Made by a program: the position numbers and the translations under genes | Shown: positions 1 to 17,222 of the stretch, one piece after another | How positions within the stretch are numbered: the first letter of the stretch is position 1 | Layout: each line of letters begins with the position of its first letter | Notes under the pieces: model-generated | Told to the model about the DNA's origin: nothing | Database searches by the model: none | What the model saw: the letters and a program-made list of their open reading frames with translations, nothing else | Source: the human T2T-CHM13v2.0 reference genome, Homo sapiens | Strand: one strand, 5' to 3' | Length of the DNA: 64,000 bases | Assembly: GCF_009914755.1 (NCBI RefSeq) | Contig: NC_060933.1

Positions 1-320
1 CAGACATCCTGGGTTTGAATTCTCACCCCACAATTCACTAGCCATGTTATCTTAAGTAAATTATTCACCTCTCTGAAGTCTCAGGTTTTTGTTTTTTAAT
101 TTGTAAAGTAAGCATAATAGTGAATACTTCAAATGTGTTGTAGGGGGACAGAGTAAGAGAACATATATAAATACACATGAAGCACTTTTTTAAATGCCAG
201 GCACATAGTTGGCACTCGATAATTGTTAGGTTTTATTCTTCTATTCTTCTATTCTACATGCTCAGCACATAGTATTGACACATTTTTCTGTCTCCTGCTT
301 TTCCAATATTGCTTAGTCTA

Positions 321-552
321 GACCGGGGTTTGGCAAACCTTTCCTGTAAAGGACTAGAAAGTAAACACTTTGAGCTTTGCACCCCATACTGTTTTCTGTA
401 GCTACTACTTAATTCTGCTGTTGCAGCAGGAAAGCAGTTATAGATGATACGTAAATCAAGATATGTGGCTATGTTTCATAGACTTGATTTATAAAAATAG
501 GAAGCAGGCTGGATGTGGCCCATGGGCCATAGTTTTCCAACTTTGGTCTAGA
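321..552 (+). mobile_element. MER58A-like hAT-Charlie MITE
   Basis: Starts (c)cggggtttggcaaacctttcctgtaaagg and ends ...gggccatagttttccaactttg; TCTAGAC-type flanks on both sides. Confidence 0.65.
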
Positions 553-3500
553 CTAGCTTTGAAATCTTACAGACCTGGGTTCAAGCTTCTCTGGGGTTCC
601 ATCTCCTTATCTGTTAGATAAGGATAATAATAGTACTTCCCTCATAAGTTGTTGGATGATTAAATTAGATAAAGCATGTAAAGTCCTTAGCACAGTTTTT
701 GGCACATAGTACATATATATGTATCTGATGGATATTATTGTCTTCATCATCAAAAAACTTGCTTTGCAGTTCTACTATGTGCCCATATCCACCTTCCCTT
801 CTTTAAGAATTGTTTCCAGATTCTCCCTCTCAGAGTTTCTTTCTCTCTTCTAACACTATTGGAATGTCTATTGCACTATTCAAAAATAAATCATGCATTT
901 GTGTAGCATATGTAAGTAATTATAGTAGCATATGTGTCCTTGTTACTAGACTGTGTGCTCCTTGAAGGCACAGTCTGTGTCTTGTTCCTCTCTATAGCAC
1001 ATTTTCTAACACAGTATCTGGCACACAGTAGGCAACCAATGCAAGATAATCACAGTGATGGGGCTATAGCGAGGGTGATGCTGGTAGTGATAGTAGTGGT
1101 GTAGCATAGTGGTGGCGGTAGTGGTCATGGTTGTAGTGATGGTAGGTACTGGTAATAACTGGGGGAGGGGGTGAGACTTGGCTGTTAATTTCTCTTCAAA
1201 GAGTAGTTATTTGGAATTCTCTTCTCAGTTGGAGCCAAAAAGTGGAAATGAAACAAACAAGCTTTTCTGGCAGAGAGAAAGAATCTGCTGGAAGGTCAGA
1301 CAACCACAAGACTAGAATTACACATGACTCTTCCTAGAGCAGCATGAACAGAAAATGCTCACAGGATTGGAAGTCTGAAAACCCGAGGGCTGGAAAGGAC
1401 CATTCAGATCTACAGAGTATTTTACAGCCTTCAAAACACTGAAAGTCTCTTAATTTTTCTACAGACAGCTGTGGGGAAAGTTACCACCACCCATTTCCCA
1501 GATGAGAAAACTGAGCCTTGGAAAAATAAAAGATATTTCCAAGGGTTGAAGGCATGTCTTACTTCAAATTCAGCCTTGGCTATGTGACCTGAAAAAACTC
1601 AGTCCTCAGCTCTGTTCTTAGTTTTACTATCTGTAAAATAAAGAGGTTGATTTGTAAAATAAACAGGATAAGATTTTAATAGCCCTATCTGCTCATAAAT
1701 GCTATGTCATTGTGTGCCACTGGTATGGAGTGCAAGATATGTATATCTTTCTCCTCCCAGTATTAAATTTAAGGAGTAAAATTGGCATTGTCTCTGAATG
1801 GGAAACAAATTTCAGGTCACAGGATGCCTCTTCCAACCTCAAAAGATTTGCTTTATATTCTGGGTAGAAGTTAGAGCTGACCTTATCACAGTGCCAAAGG
1901 GGACCTTGGATGAAGTTAGCCTGCTTTTCTCATCATACAGATAAAGAAATGGAGACCTAGACAGTAGAAGCATGTCCAATGTCATATAATAATCAAGGAC
2001 AGAGCCTAGTTCAGATTCCTAGTGTCTCCGTTTTCTAGTTTTCCCAAAGAAAACTCCCAACCCTGAGATGAAAAGGGATAAATACTAGATTGCCTACTTT
2101 ACAAATAAGTAAAAGTCAGATCACATAGACAGTAAATGGCAGAGAAGGGATTCAAATCCAACTCTGTCTGGCTCTTTAGTATGCCACTCCTCTGCCTCCT
2201 CCACTTGGAAGACTCTCTTTCACCCAGGAGCTAAGTTAACAACCGCACAAAGTCTTGTACATTTAAGCACCAGTTGTGCTGAACCAAGCTCTGTGGCTTT
2301 GGGCTGTGTAAGAGCCATTTAACAGGTGGAGGGAGGAGATTTATGCATTAATCAAATTATTCTTCATAAAGAGTTTTTCCCTGCTTCTCTTGTTCAAAAC
2401 AACAGCACAAGGTATAATCAAGGGCTCGTTTCCAGCTTAGGCAGAAGGCATCATCTTTTCCCATGCATTCACTGGAATGTACCTAAGGAGACCCCAACTA
2501 CCCAAGGAGCTAGGGTCCAATGGTCCCCAAGGCCATCGAGAATACCTTGGTCCAGAATCAGAGGACAAAAATACCCCACAAACCTCAGGCATGTCATATC
2601 CTCTCTCTGTTAGTCCCTAACTGTGCCATAAAATGGGGTTCAGGATTTTACTCAGAGCCTCTACTCCAGGGGTAGGGAGTTCTCATACAGAGGAACTTCC
2701 ACTCTGCATTAGAATGAGCTATGATATTCATTGCCAACAGAATACAAGTTCCAGCAATGTTTATAAAGTGAGAAAATGCCCCTGAGATCCCTCCATTTGT
2801 AAAGTGCCCTTTTGGGTTAGCCAATGGCCTCTCCCATACAAAATATGAATCCTATTCTAAAATGTCATGTCCCTAGCACTTTAGGTACCAGCAAAGTTTT
2901 CAAGTACTATCTAGAAGAGGAGTTACCAAAGGAAACATAGAAAAAGAAAAGAGCCATTTTAAATAAACATATTCTTATCACTATCATAGATAACATTCGT
3001 CTGTTAAGTGATTTCTTCTTGGACATTATGCATTCATTATCTCTTTTGATTCCCATGAAGTAGGGATTGTGAGACCACATTTTACAAGTGTGGAAACTGA
3101 GGTATGAAGACACCATTCAGCATCACACAGTGAATGGGGATTGAGGAAACATCCAAACCCAAGCCGGTAGAGCAAAGAACCTGTACTATCTGCTTCCATG
3201 TAAATAAAGTGTCTTGTAGGAAACTCAGAAAGAAACTGACTCCACTTATCTGTTTTTTAATTTTTGTTTTGTTCTGTTTTGTTCTTTGTTTTTTGAAGTA
3301 GGAAAAGAAAGTCCCAGAAAGAGAAAAGAACTTGCTATGACCTGCTATGTCTCAGTGTGAAAGCCCAGGCCCCTCAACTATAGGTCAGGGCTCTGAAGTG
3401 TTTTCTTGTATCCATGTGGCCTGTAGAGATGATAGAAAGATGGAAAAGTCATGGGAGGAAGGGTGATGGGAGTTAGTGGCAGAGTTGGAGAAAAAATGAT

Positions 3501-4823
3501 AAACAAAACGAGAGTAGCTGCTTTTTCTTCCCACCAGCGTTGTTTTGTGGCCATATTCCCTTCCTCCAGGATCATTTCCAGACCTGCAGTGGGTCTATCC
3601 CACTCATTCCCACTGCAACCTGGCTCCTTTGGAAATGTCTAAGGCACTCCATCCCTTAGGCTGTCATGACACTTTAAACAGGCCTTTCATTTGTGTTTGG
3701 GGAGGGAAAGAAGAAACTGGAGACTTGGAGGAAGCCGCCTACAGTCTTTCAGCTCTAACATTTCTTTGCAAGGATCACTAAGAGGAAAAGAGAGTAGAAG
3801 TGAGAAGATAGTGCCCATGCCTGTCTGTTTGCTCTAACTTCTCCTGGCTTCCCCATTGCCCTGGGGCTAAACTCCTCACCACATGTTGTACAGTTCTGCC
3901 TGACTTCTCTTCAGCATTGTCCATGGAGTTTTCTCCCAGTCTCAGCTCCAGCCACACTGGTTTTCATTCTCTTCCTGAAATGGGTCACATTTGCTCATTC
4001 TTCAGGTGTTTGCAGAAGTTGGGCATTCTACCAGCAATGTTCTCATTCTCCTCTTCCTTTCTGAAACCCCAGTCTTCCATATTCATTTTATGCACTTGGC
4101 CCCCAAAAGCTCACTTTACATGTCACTTTCTCAGGAAAGCCTTCTCTGACTGCGTAAGGCCCCTTAATACACGCTTGCAATCCACCAGCCTAGTACTCTA
4201 TACAGTCTTGACTCTACTTATTAGTGTGATTGTTTCATTAATATCTGTCTTCTCCATAAGTCTGTGAACTCCATAAAGATAAAGACCATATCCACTTGTC
4301 ATACTGTTCACTCTTCAGGGTATAACGCAGTCTTAGCATACAGTGGGGGCTCAAAGATACTTAATGAATGAATGACTAGCACTTCCAGCTCTACAGGTCT
4401 CCTGCAAGGAGAACAGTGACATCTAGTGACCACTTTCACACTCTTGGGATTCTCTGATCACACACCACTAATTAGCCTCAGAAAGACCTCACTGGATTTC
4501 CAATAAGTTGAATATTTCAATGATGCTGAGGGAACCTGGCATGGAATCCAGACATAGGGGAATCTGGCTCCTGCACAAACAGGAAAGGCACCACCAGCCT
4601 ATCTATTGCTATGCATGTGCCAAGAACACATTGCAAAAGTCCCGTGGCTTGGCTTGTAGTGTGCCACATTGCAGATGAGGACAGTGTGGCCCAGAAAGGC
4701 CGTCACTGGAGCGAGTTCACAGAGCAGTAAACAGGGATATTCACAGGCTCATTCACCAAGTCCCAGAAGGCCAGTTAAACAAAACTACATCCTCACTGAT
4801 ACAACACTAGTCGAACCACTAGG

Positions 4824-5448
<625 letters not shown>

Positions 5449-5746
5449 TGTTCTTGTTATTTATTGGAATCTGCAACAGCCTCCTCATGGATTTCCTTGA
5501 TTCTACTCTTACATTCTCACAGTCTATCCTGACCCTGCAGCTGGAGGTGTGGAGACATACACATATGTATTTTATTGTTGGTGTTAGTTTGGGGACCTCT
5601 GATGCACAGAGTTAGATTATTTGCAGTGTTCAGTTTAGGACTGAAGCTCATTGTTGAGCCATGCATGGGTAGGCTTTATTTATTTGTTCAGTTAGCTAGT
5701 TAGTTTTAATAAACTTTTTAAACTTTAATGAACTCTCACTAATCTA

Positions 5747-6124
<378 letters not shown>

Positions 6125-6260
6125 TTAGTTTTCCTGACTCAAGATCACCATCATCCTGTCTCCTATGTTCATCACTTCCTTGCTTCCCTTTTTAAATCAT
6201 ATTTATTGCATCTGTATTTATTCCTAAAAGATAGTATATTTGAGGTGTAGGTATGCTTTA

Positions 6261-6629
<369 letters not shown>

Positions 6630-7517
6630 TTAATAATACATTCATTCATTTCATATTGACAGGTATCACTACAGCTCATTCATTTTGGTTACTGTAGTAT
6701 ATTCTATTGAATATATATCCTGTGCTTTATTTCAATGCTGTCCCATGGATGGGAATTTGGGTTTTTTACAGAGGCCTCCTGCCACACAATCTAATCCCAT
6801 CAGCCTCCTGCCAATAACCATGCATCATCATCACCTCATGGCCCACAGGATAGGGTCAAAATTCCACAATTTGGCTTACAATATTGTGGAAATGATCAGG
6901 ATTCATTTTGTTTCTCCCTCCGTCCTTGGTCTTAGTCATGAGGCATTTCTTTTGGTCTTTGTACAAACAATGTTCTTTTCTTCCTTAGGTCATCTACCTG
7001 ACACTTTCCCTACCTCCTTTCTCCCATGCGTTCTCTTTCCTCTATGAAGCTCTGTATGAGCACTCAACACCCTCCAGCACTTAGCCAAGAAGTATGCTGT
7101 GGGAGGGGCACGGGATTCATAGAGTTCTACTAGACTTAGTCAGTGGTCTACCAGTGGAGGCCCAGGGCTGTCTGGGAGGTGTTGTAGAAGGAGGAGTGGG
7201 GATCAAATGGGAGATGCTTTATCTCCCTTCCTCTGCCTCATTGAAATAGTGGCATCACTATTCCTGATTTTATGGATTGAGGTTCAAGAAAGATTGCATT
7301 TGGAAAAAGTGTTCCATAAAGATAAGTTTGCAAACCAGTGAATCAATAATTCATATGGTCCCCTCAAGCCCTGCCATTCTATAATTAAAAGTGAGAGAAC
7401 CGAAGAGAAAAAAAGAAGCAATAATTTCATGGCTAAGCATATAAACTCTGGAGCAGACCAACTTTGAGTAAATCACTTAATATCTTTGAGGTTTCCTCAG
7501 CTGTAAAAGGGGTACGA

Positions 7518-7600
7518 TATTAAAATGAACCATATGAAATTGCCATTTTATAAGTAAAAAATGGCCAAATGTCAGCAATTTCATATGAATCGAACCAATA
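7518..7600. mobile_element. MADE2-like mariner MITE
   Basis: Inverted termini GAACCATATGAAATTGC ... GCAATTTCATATGAATC around a short spacer. Confidence 0.65.
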
Positions 7601-7840
7601 TATGTAAGTAAATCACAGATCTGGAGGGCAGAGTAAATGAGATAATGCAAGTATTGTACTGAGGTAGATACTGCTAGGTTTTCACCAAACCCATGTCTTC
7701 TCCTAGGCACACAGCTAAAATCCATTTCCCTGTCTTCATTTCAGACAGGTATGGACAATGGCTGAGTTCTAATCAATAGAATGCATGAGAGGTAAAAATG
7801 ACATTTGCCACTTTCAGGCTTGGTCTATTTAAACCTATGA

Positions 7841-8312
<472 letters not shown>

Positions 8313-8541
8313 TGATTGTATTAAGCCACTGAGATTTAAGGGTTTATTGTTTATAACAGCTAGTATTGTCAAACTATGTAAGTATTTAGAACATGGTAAG
8401 GAATCAATAAATGCTAGTAATCACCATGATGATGATATGATGATGATCATGATGACAATACCCCTGGACAAAGGGTCCACAAGGGTAGGAGGTAGGAGGG
8501 CTGGTCAAGTTTGACTGAGTGGCTGGGCCAGGGGAGCTCAC

Positions 8542-8807
8542 CTCCTTTGTGCCATTGTCTTGGATGAGGGTATAAAGTGGCACCACACGGTTGATTTCCA
8601 GCAGCACTGGTGTGGGGCTCAGCTGCTCCTTGCCTGGCCGGCGGCAAAGGTGACAGGTAGATGGACAGCGCCCCTTCTCCTCACAGCGAATCTCCACACC
8701 TGAAATGAGCTGGTCATCTGACAGCATCTGGGCTGTCAGCAAACCTGAGAGGTAGGTGATGAAGGGCATGGACTTGAGCTCCTTCTTGCTGCCCAGCTCT
8801 GTGGTCT
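8542..8807 (-). CDS. ASTN2: Astrotactin-2 internal coding exon (266 nt, phase 1 in, phase 0 out), C-terminal part of the MACPF region
   Basis: Polypyrimidine tract + CAG acceptor (8808-8810) and GTGAG donor (8541-8537). Encodes (E)TTELGSKKELKSMPFITYLSGLLTAQMLSDDQLISGVEIRCEEKGRCPSTCHLCRRPGKEQLSPTPVLLEINRVVPLYTLIQDNGTKE, recognised as ASTN2. Confidence 0.95.
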
Positions 8808-9068
8808 CTGGAGAGGCACAAGACAGGAAGAGCGAAAGGTAAACTCAGGATTATTCAAAAGGCCAGACTCTTGAATTCACAAAATACAGATGCTAAGAAG
8901 CTGGTATCCATTGAGGAAGTAAAAAGATGATAGAGTGATTTATTCATGATGCCTTGGAAAGACTGCCAGACTGAGGGTTCAAAGGCCAGAATGGTGTATT
9001 GTCCTACCACTTACATTAAATATCCACTTGCTTTGTCTGGCCCTCATTTTTCCCGTATGTAAAGTTGG

Positions 9069-9379
<311 letters not shown>

Positions 9380-11170
9380 TAAAGTTGGTAGGTTGGGCTA
9401 GATTATTATTCAATAATTTTGCAAGATATAAATATTCAAAGATATTTTTTACCCAACCAAAAATTCCTTTCAGTCTTCTGTCAACCTACAAAAAGGATAT
9501 CCTTCCTTTAAAATTTATATCTAGTCCTATATTTTCCATGCAGCCCAATATTACAAGGAAAACACAAGCTTTGGGTCAAGCCAACTTCATCTGAAATCTC
9601 AGTTCTGCTTGAAAATACCTCTGCAACCTTAGGAAAATGTCAGTATCCAAGTGACTCCAATGATAAATTCTGAGAAATGGGGTTAATAATACCAATGAAA
9701 TCAGTTATGAATAGCAAATGAGAAAAGAGGAGGTAGGACTGTCTGGAAAAGACATCATTTCTCCTTTTTTTGTGTGTGCTTACCTGTTTCCTTGTTCACA
9801 CTTTTCCTGCCTCTTTCTTCATGTGCACACTGAGATCTGACTTATGCATGCTTCATTATGTGCCATCTCTCTTGATCTATAAACCAGTATTTTCCACCTC
9901 TGTGCCTTTGCTCACTCTGTGCTGCTTTTCCCCTCTGCCTCTCCACATCTCTTCTATCAATGCTCCATTCCAATGTTACTGTCTTTAGGGAGTCATTCTT
10001 CATTGCCCCAGCCCTTCTTTTCTGAATAAGTGTTTCTATTTATGAGATCTTATTTAAGTTCATTTTCCCTTCCCATTTTCTGCTGACCTCTAAAACAATA
10101 TTATCAACTCTTGGAGATCAGGGGCCATGGCTCCCATTCCTACCCACTTTCAGTGCCAAACATGGTGCGACGGATGTATTTGATACTCAGCCAGAGAGAT
10201 TATAGAATTCTGAATGGCTAGAACTATATTCATGATCTAGTCTAGAGACTTCAAAACTCTTCTGAGGAATCCTAGGGATCCTAGGAAGCACCACAGCAAT
10301 TGATTGCATAGAAAAAGAGGGAAACTGAGCAGGCAGGGCTCTAAACTCTCATCTCTGTTTCAAACAGAGCAGTTTCACTTTTATTTCTTTTATAGGCTGG
10401 CCTTCTATACAAGATTTCGTGAAAATAAAGAGTTCTATGGCTATATCAAAAACCTTGAAGAAGCAAAGTGATTTGTACAACCGACAGGGTTCCTTTTACA
10501 TCACAGACTATGAGAATGGTATCCTCACAGATGTGCAGTGCATAATCTGAGTGGTAAAACATGGTAATTTTATACTAAGAGACAGAGCTTAATCCATCTG
10601 GCAGCTTCAACGAAGCCTAGTAATGTCAAGGCAAGCTCCTGCCTCAGTGGAAATAGGGGCCCTGCGCCCTGATGTCGGGGAGAAAAAGGAGAGTTGTCTC
10701 TTGCTCTTGGTTCTAGGCTTGTAGTGACATGCAGCTGATCTGGAAATGGACTTGCCAATTAGAAATACAAATAAACACAGCCTTCATTCATTACTCTCTG
10801 GGCCCTCAGGCCTGGAATCTGGCCTCCACCTTTTCTGTCTGGCTGTCAGCAAATGCTTATGAGCATCAGATCAAAGGCTCTGGGGGAGGAAGACAAGGAA
10901 AATTCCAGTTAACCAATCCTTCACAGGGATTAAAGAAGGGTAGTTACTAAGACAAACAAAACAAGGGTGTAAAGAAGGCATCCCAGCAGCTAGAGACAGT
11001 CTTATATCCAGACCTTTCAAAAGAAGATGATGACGACTTTTTGTAGACCAGACGGATAGTTTTGAGGAAAGATGACTTCAAACTTGGGAGAGAATAGCCG
11101 TTCGGGGAGAAGGTCAAGAGAGAGTCAGAGCAATGAGGACACTAGGGACTCATTAGCCCACGCTCTGGCC

Positions 11171-11381
11171 TAGGTCAACAAACTATGGCCCATGGGCCAA
11201 ATCCAGTCCCCTTCCAGCTTGTGTAAATAAAGTTTTATTGGAACACAGCCACCCCCATTCATTTATTTATTGTGAATAGCTGCAAGGACAGAATTGAGTA
11301 GTTACAACAAAGACTCTATAATCACAAAGCCTAAAAATATTAACTAACTTACCCTTTACAGAAAAAGTTTGGCAACCCCTG
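11171..11381 (-). mobile_element. MER58A-like MITE
   Basis: aaactatggcccatgggccaaatcc ... tttacagaaaaagtttggcaacccctg; reverse orientation of the 321-552 element. Confidence 0.65.
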
Positions 11382-12710
11382 CTCTTGACCTAGTTTACAG
11401 GTGGGGAAACTGAGTTTCAGAGAAATGATCCAACCACACAGGAATATGGAAGTATGATGGATTAAATAATGTAAAAATTGTGGAATCAAATGCACCATCA
11501 ATATACTTAGATTGTGAATCTCCGGGGAGAAAAAATAGAGTAGGGCATCTTTTCTTCATAAAATGGATTTCAAAAACTATTGAAAGAACACACTGGTATG
11601 CTGATCTAGTACAAATCTTCACATTTTAAAGAAGAGAAAAGTGTGTCCCAAAGAAGGAAAATGACTTTCCAAGGTCACACAGTGAGTCCTTTCAGCACAC
11701 AATCCCAGTCTTCTAATCACCAATTTATCATTTAAACGACTATCTTATGTTATCTCATATTTTAAAGCACAGATGGCATGATCCCCATAGCACCTTGCTA
11801 TATGCACATAATTTCACTGAGAAGAAATATAACTTGGTGCTAAGAGTAAAAATTCCCTTGATCAAACAAACATTCATAGTCATTGGGTTAAATATATAAC
11901 TATCCATTTAACAACACAATAATCTATAGATCTTTGCTAGTCTGCTTCTGTTCAATAAATCTTCAGCTTTTTAAATCTATCACCCCTTTTGGTGCAGTTA
12001 AAAGCCCACAATCTTGGCTGAAAATTGCACCACAGTAGCAGTATAGAATTTACAGCTGAATTTAAGGGTTAGTTTTGCCAAAGGAGGGCTATAATCTGGT
12101 GCAACCCCATTGAAACCTATTACCAAAATAAGGAAAGGGACTTATTTCTAAGTCTCACACACTTGTATTAACAGTGATCCATTTCTTAGAGACTGTGTCA
12201 TGCCTAAGTTATGATCTAGATGAGAGTTAAGATGAAACACCATTAGCCATTCCATTAATTATTCCTCTGTAGACATTACAATTGCAAAAGCTAATTGCTT
12301 CTGATTCAACCTTACCCTGTGGCTAAAGTCATCTATTCGAAAGGCAAACCTTTTATTCTTCTCCTGCTTAAAACACTTCCATTTCACTTCACTCCTCTTA
12401 GGTTAAAGACCAAAACCATTAAGAGAGCATGTAGAAAATGTGGGATCTAGACAACATGCTGCCTCTCTAGTTGGATCTCTTATTCTGTTCCTCTTAGTTC
12501 AGCTACAATGGCTAAATCCCTTGCATATACCCTCTGCCTCTCTCAATCGTGGCACAGGCTCTTCTCTCTGCACAGAATTCTTTCTTCCACCCCATCTCCA
12601 GCCCTGCCTTTTCCAGGCTAACTTCCACTCATCCCTCAGGTCTTAGTTCAAGTGCCCATTCCTCAGAAAAGCCTTCCCTGAATTCCTCATGCCACTAACG
12701 TACACCAAGA

Positions 12711-13041
<331 letters not shown>

Positions 13042-14570
13042 TATTAAGTTTTCCTATTACAGATCCTGATAGCATCCTATTCTCTGTATCATCTATTAAT
13101 GTCTCGAGATTGTAAACTACATGAAGGAAAAGACAGCATCAGTTTTGCTGATCCCATATCCATCTTACACAGTACCTGGAACACAGCAGGCTTTCAAAAA
13201 TATTTTTAATATTTGTTAAATATATAGTAAACATACATAACCTGTGCTGCCTTATCCAAGCATCGATGAACCTAAGAGCCAGAATTGGTAAATTACAAGG
13301 ACGATAACTAATAAATGATTGTAGTCAACATACAACTTCTTCCCAAAGTAAAATTAGTGCTCTAATCAAAAGGTCAACAGATGAATAGCTGAGCACTTTT
13401 CCAGTTGCTCTGACCCTCTCTAGGTTTTCATGTAGGCCCTTGCCATTAAGTGAATGGGAGAGTTAGGTTAAAATACAGTGTCTTTAACAGGCCAAGGAAA
13501 AAGAACATTTTTGAAGAGACTTATCCTCTGTTCACATTTCCCATCCCTCTGAACAATGCTTCCAAAATAGGATCATGTCTGGTTTCAAGCCCAATTCAGT
13601 TCCAATGACACTACAACCCATTCATTTGAGAACCTGCCAACTGAACTCTCTTTTTTCTCCTCCCAAATTCCTGCTGGGTATTATTTTGTTGCCACCAAAA
13701 AAAAAAAAAAAAAAAGCCTCAGTTGAAGTGACAACTCCTTGTTGGGAGGGCAGCCAGGGCTTTTCGGCAGGAGATGATGGCACCGCTTGCCCTCATCCAG
13801 AAAACAAAACAAAGCATCAGACTAAGGGCTTCTGGGAGAGCCAAAGCTGCACGGATGTTTGTTCAATATTCGGCAACGGTGCAGGGTGCTGCCTCCCTAG
13901 TCAGACAGGCTTGCTTTGGCAATAGGTTTGCACTTGAAGCATTTAAAAGCTCCATAGGGACCAGAGGGGCTCAAATTAGAAACATTAAGGGAGAGGGGAA
14001 AGGGGTGAGACTTTTATATCATAAAGAACGGCCTTTATTACAGCAATGGCCTCCCAGAAATTACTGAAATTGGATCATTTCTTAGGCGGAGTTACTGTCT
14101 CCTGTTGGAAGAAAGCAATTGCTCTGAGGGCTGACTCAAGGACCCACACAAATATCTTTAAGAAGGGGAAAATAGCCAGCTGAAATGCCATTAGCAAGGC
14201 CTGCACTTCTGTGTTGTGCAATATGAACTTCTCAGCCTAACAATCAAAGTCCTGCATCATTAGTGTGCCCTTTATAAATAATAGTACCAACCTAAAAGAG
14301 TTATTGTGAGGATTAAGTAAGGGGCCTGGAACAAGTTAAGCACTCAATAAATATTATTTGTTATTGTTGTTGTTGCTGTAGTTGTCATAATTACATTGCT
14401 GTTGTTGTTACATGACATTAAAATTGAAATTTCTGTTCAGACACCAAGGCCTAATAGAAGTAAAATTCCCAAGTCATGCCCCTAGATGCAGAATTTACAA
14501 AGGAGAGGAAATCTAACCAATTTCACAACTCTAGAAACCTCAGCCAGAACAAAGACATAAAAAGAGGTTA

Positions 14571-15355
<785 letters not shown>

Positions 15356-15741
15356 TAGCCCAAACCCCCAGAGGTTGCCCAGTGAAAAATGCTTGCTTCC
15401 TCTGAACTGTATATGGGTCACATAGAAGAAAGAACTGGCCTGGAACTGTTTTAAGCCCTACCCAAGAGGAATCTAACAGAGTGATGGGTCCCCCACAGTG
15501 AATCTCCATGAGGTAGGAAGCCAGAGAAACAGTAGGTAGGAAGGGATCACTGAAGCCAGACAAAGAGAAATGGCACTGTTCCAGGTCTTACGAGAAGTCC
15601 CAAGCATTGGGGACCGCTGAAAAGCCCCTGAACAAGCCCCCCAAGACAAATGGCCAGCTTTATAAAGATGCCAGGACCAGAGACCGCAAAGCCAGGTAAA
15701 ATAATTCTGGAGCAAGTATGACCTTCCTAATCCTGACCACC

Positions 15742-15776
<35 letters not shown>

Positions 15777-17180
15777 TGTACTGTGAAAGAAGGGGAAGAA
15801 GAGGTGCAAAGTAAAGAAAGAGCATGAAGGCCAACCATTCCCACCTCTTAATGCTCCTATTGGGAAAGATACGGAGATTTTATTTGTCAAAAGATTTGAT
15901 TAAAATATTGGACTGGAAATCCTAATTCCTGATTTGAAAGTATGTTAGCAATGTAAAATATCGATGGTGCTGCTGCCTATTCCATAAGTGATAATAGATT
16001 AGATGTGGTCTGCTAAGATTTTCATCTAGAGGTAGAGGAAAATTATCCCAGTAAACATATCACAAAGAGTGGCAGAATCAACACATATGTATATATTTTT
16101 GAGCATACTTGTTTTCACAGACTATATTTTGACTATTCTCAATTTGCAGTATGAACTGAATCGTTTATATCCTCATTATAGTACATGTCACGTTTTTATT
16201 ATTTGATTTAATATAATAATTAAATGAATATATTTCTCTCCAAATATACCATAAGTTTCATGAGAACAAGGACCATGGCCATTTTTAATGAACATTTGCA
16301 TTCCAAGCACAGAGTTCACTGTTTGATATCATGTAGACAGTCTGCAGGTAAATATATGAACAAATGAATAAATGAATGCATAAATCTGACTCCTGTCCCA
16401 CTAGTGTAATGCTTATCAGACTTCAGACCAACTATCCCAATTTATCACCACAGCCCCAAAGACAGTTGGTCTTTGTTTTATTTTATTAATGTACACTTGA
16501 TAGATCAGAGAAGTAAAGTAACGTGACCAAAGTCACACAGCTAGCAACTAGTCTAGCTGTTTCTACCCAGTTTTTCTGCTCTTTCCACTGTCCATATTTC
16601 CTCTCTGAAAAACTTTCAGCACCAGTTTTCACTCCTACAGGATGAGTCATATCCGTTCCAAATATTTGTATCTTCCCATTACCTCCCACCCCCAGGTAAT
16701 GCCCCCAATCTCCTCCACCCATTTCCATGGGCTAATAGGGTCTCCTGGGTGGAAAGCATTCTAAAGGTCACCTGGTCAGAAATCCCATCTAATTTTTCAT
16801 TTACCACCAAATAATCCTCCAATTTATTCTTGGACATTTCTAAAGATGTGGAAATCAGTACCTTTCTAGGCCTCAAGTTCCATTGTGGAAAGGCTCTATT
16901 AAACTTAGACTAACTTCTCATCCAGGAACCACACTTCTCATCCTAAGCATCAGACCCAAGCCCAGAGTTATGTACTTTATGCTATTAGATGTCTTATCTA
17001 CAGTACTCACGCCTGGACTCTAGTTGGGGTGTGGGGTCATACTACAATTAAACAATTAACTAACTAGGTAGATGAAATTCCTATCCCAGGAACCATAGGG
17101 CATTGTTGGGTGGCTTCTGAGAAGGTATATATGTATGAGTATGTGTATGTTGTGGTGTATGTGTTGTGTTCATATTGCAA

Positions 17181-17183
<3 letters not shown>

Positions 17184-17221
<38 letters not shown>
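17184..17221. repeat. (CA)~19 microsatellite
   Basis: Perfect CA run. Confidence 0.97.

Positions 17222-17222
<1 letters not shown>

Noticed and set aside
8404-8541. Extension of the ASTN2 ORF with a His-rich tail
   Set aside because: Read-through past the GTGAG donor into an intronic (ATG)n simple repeat.
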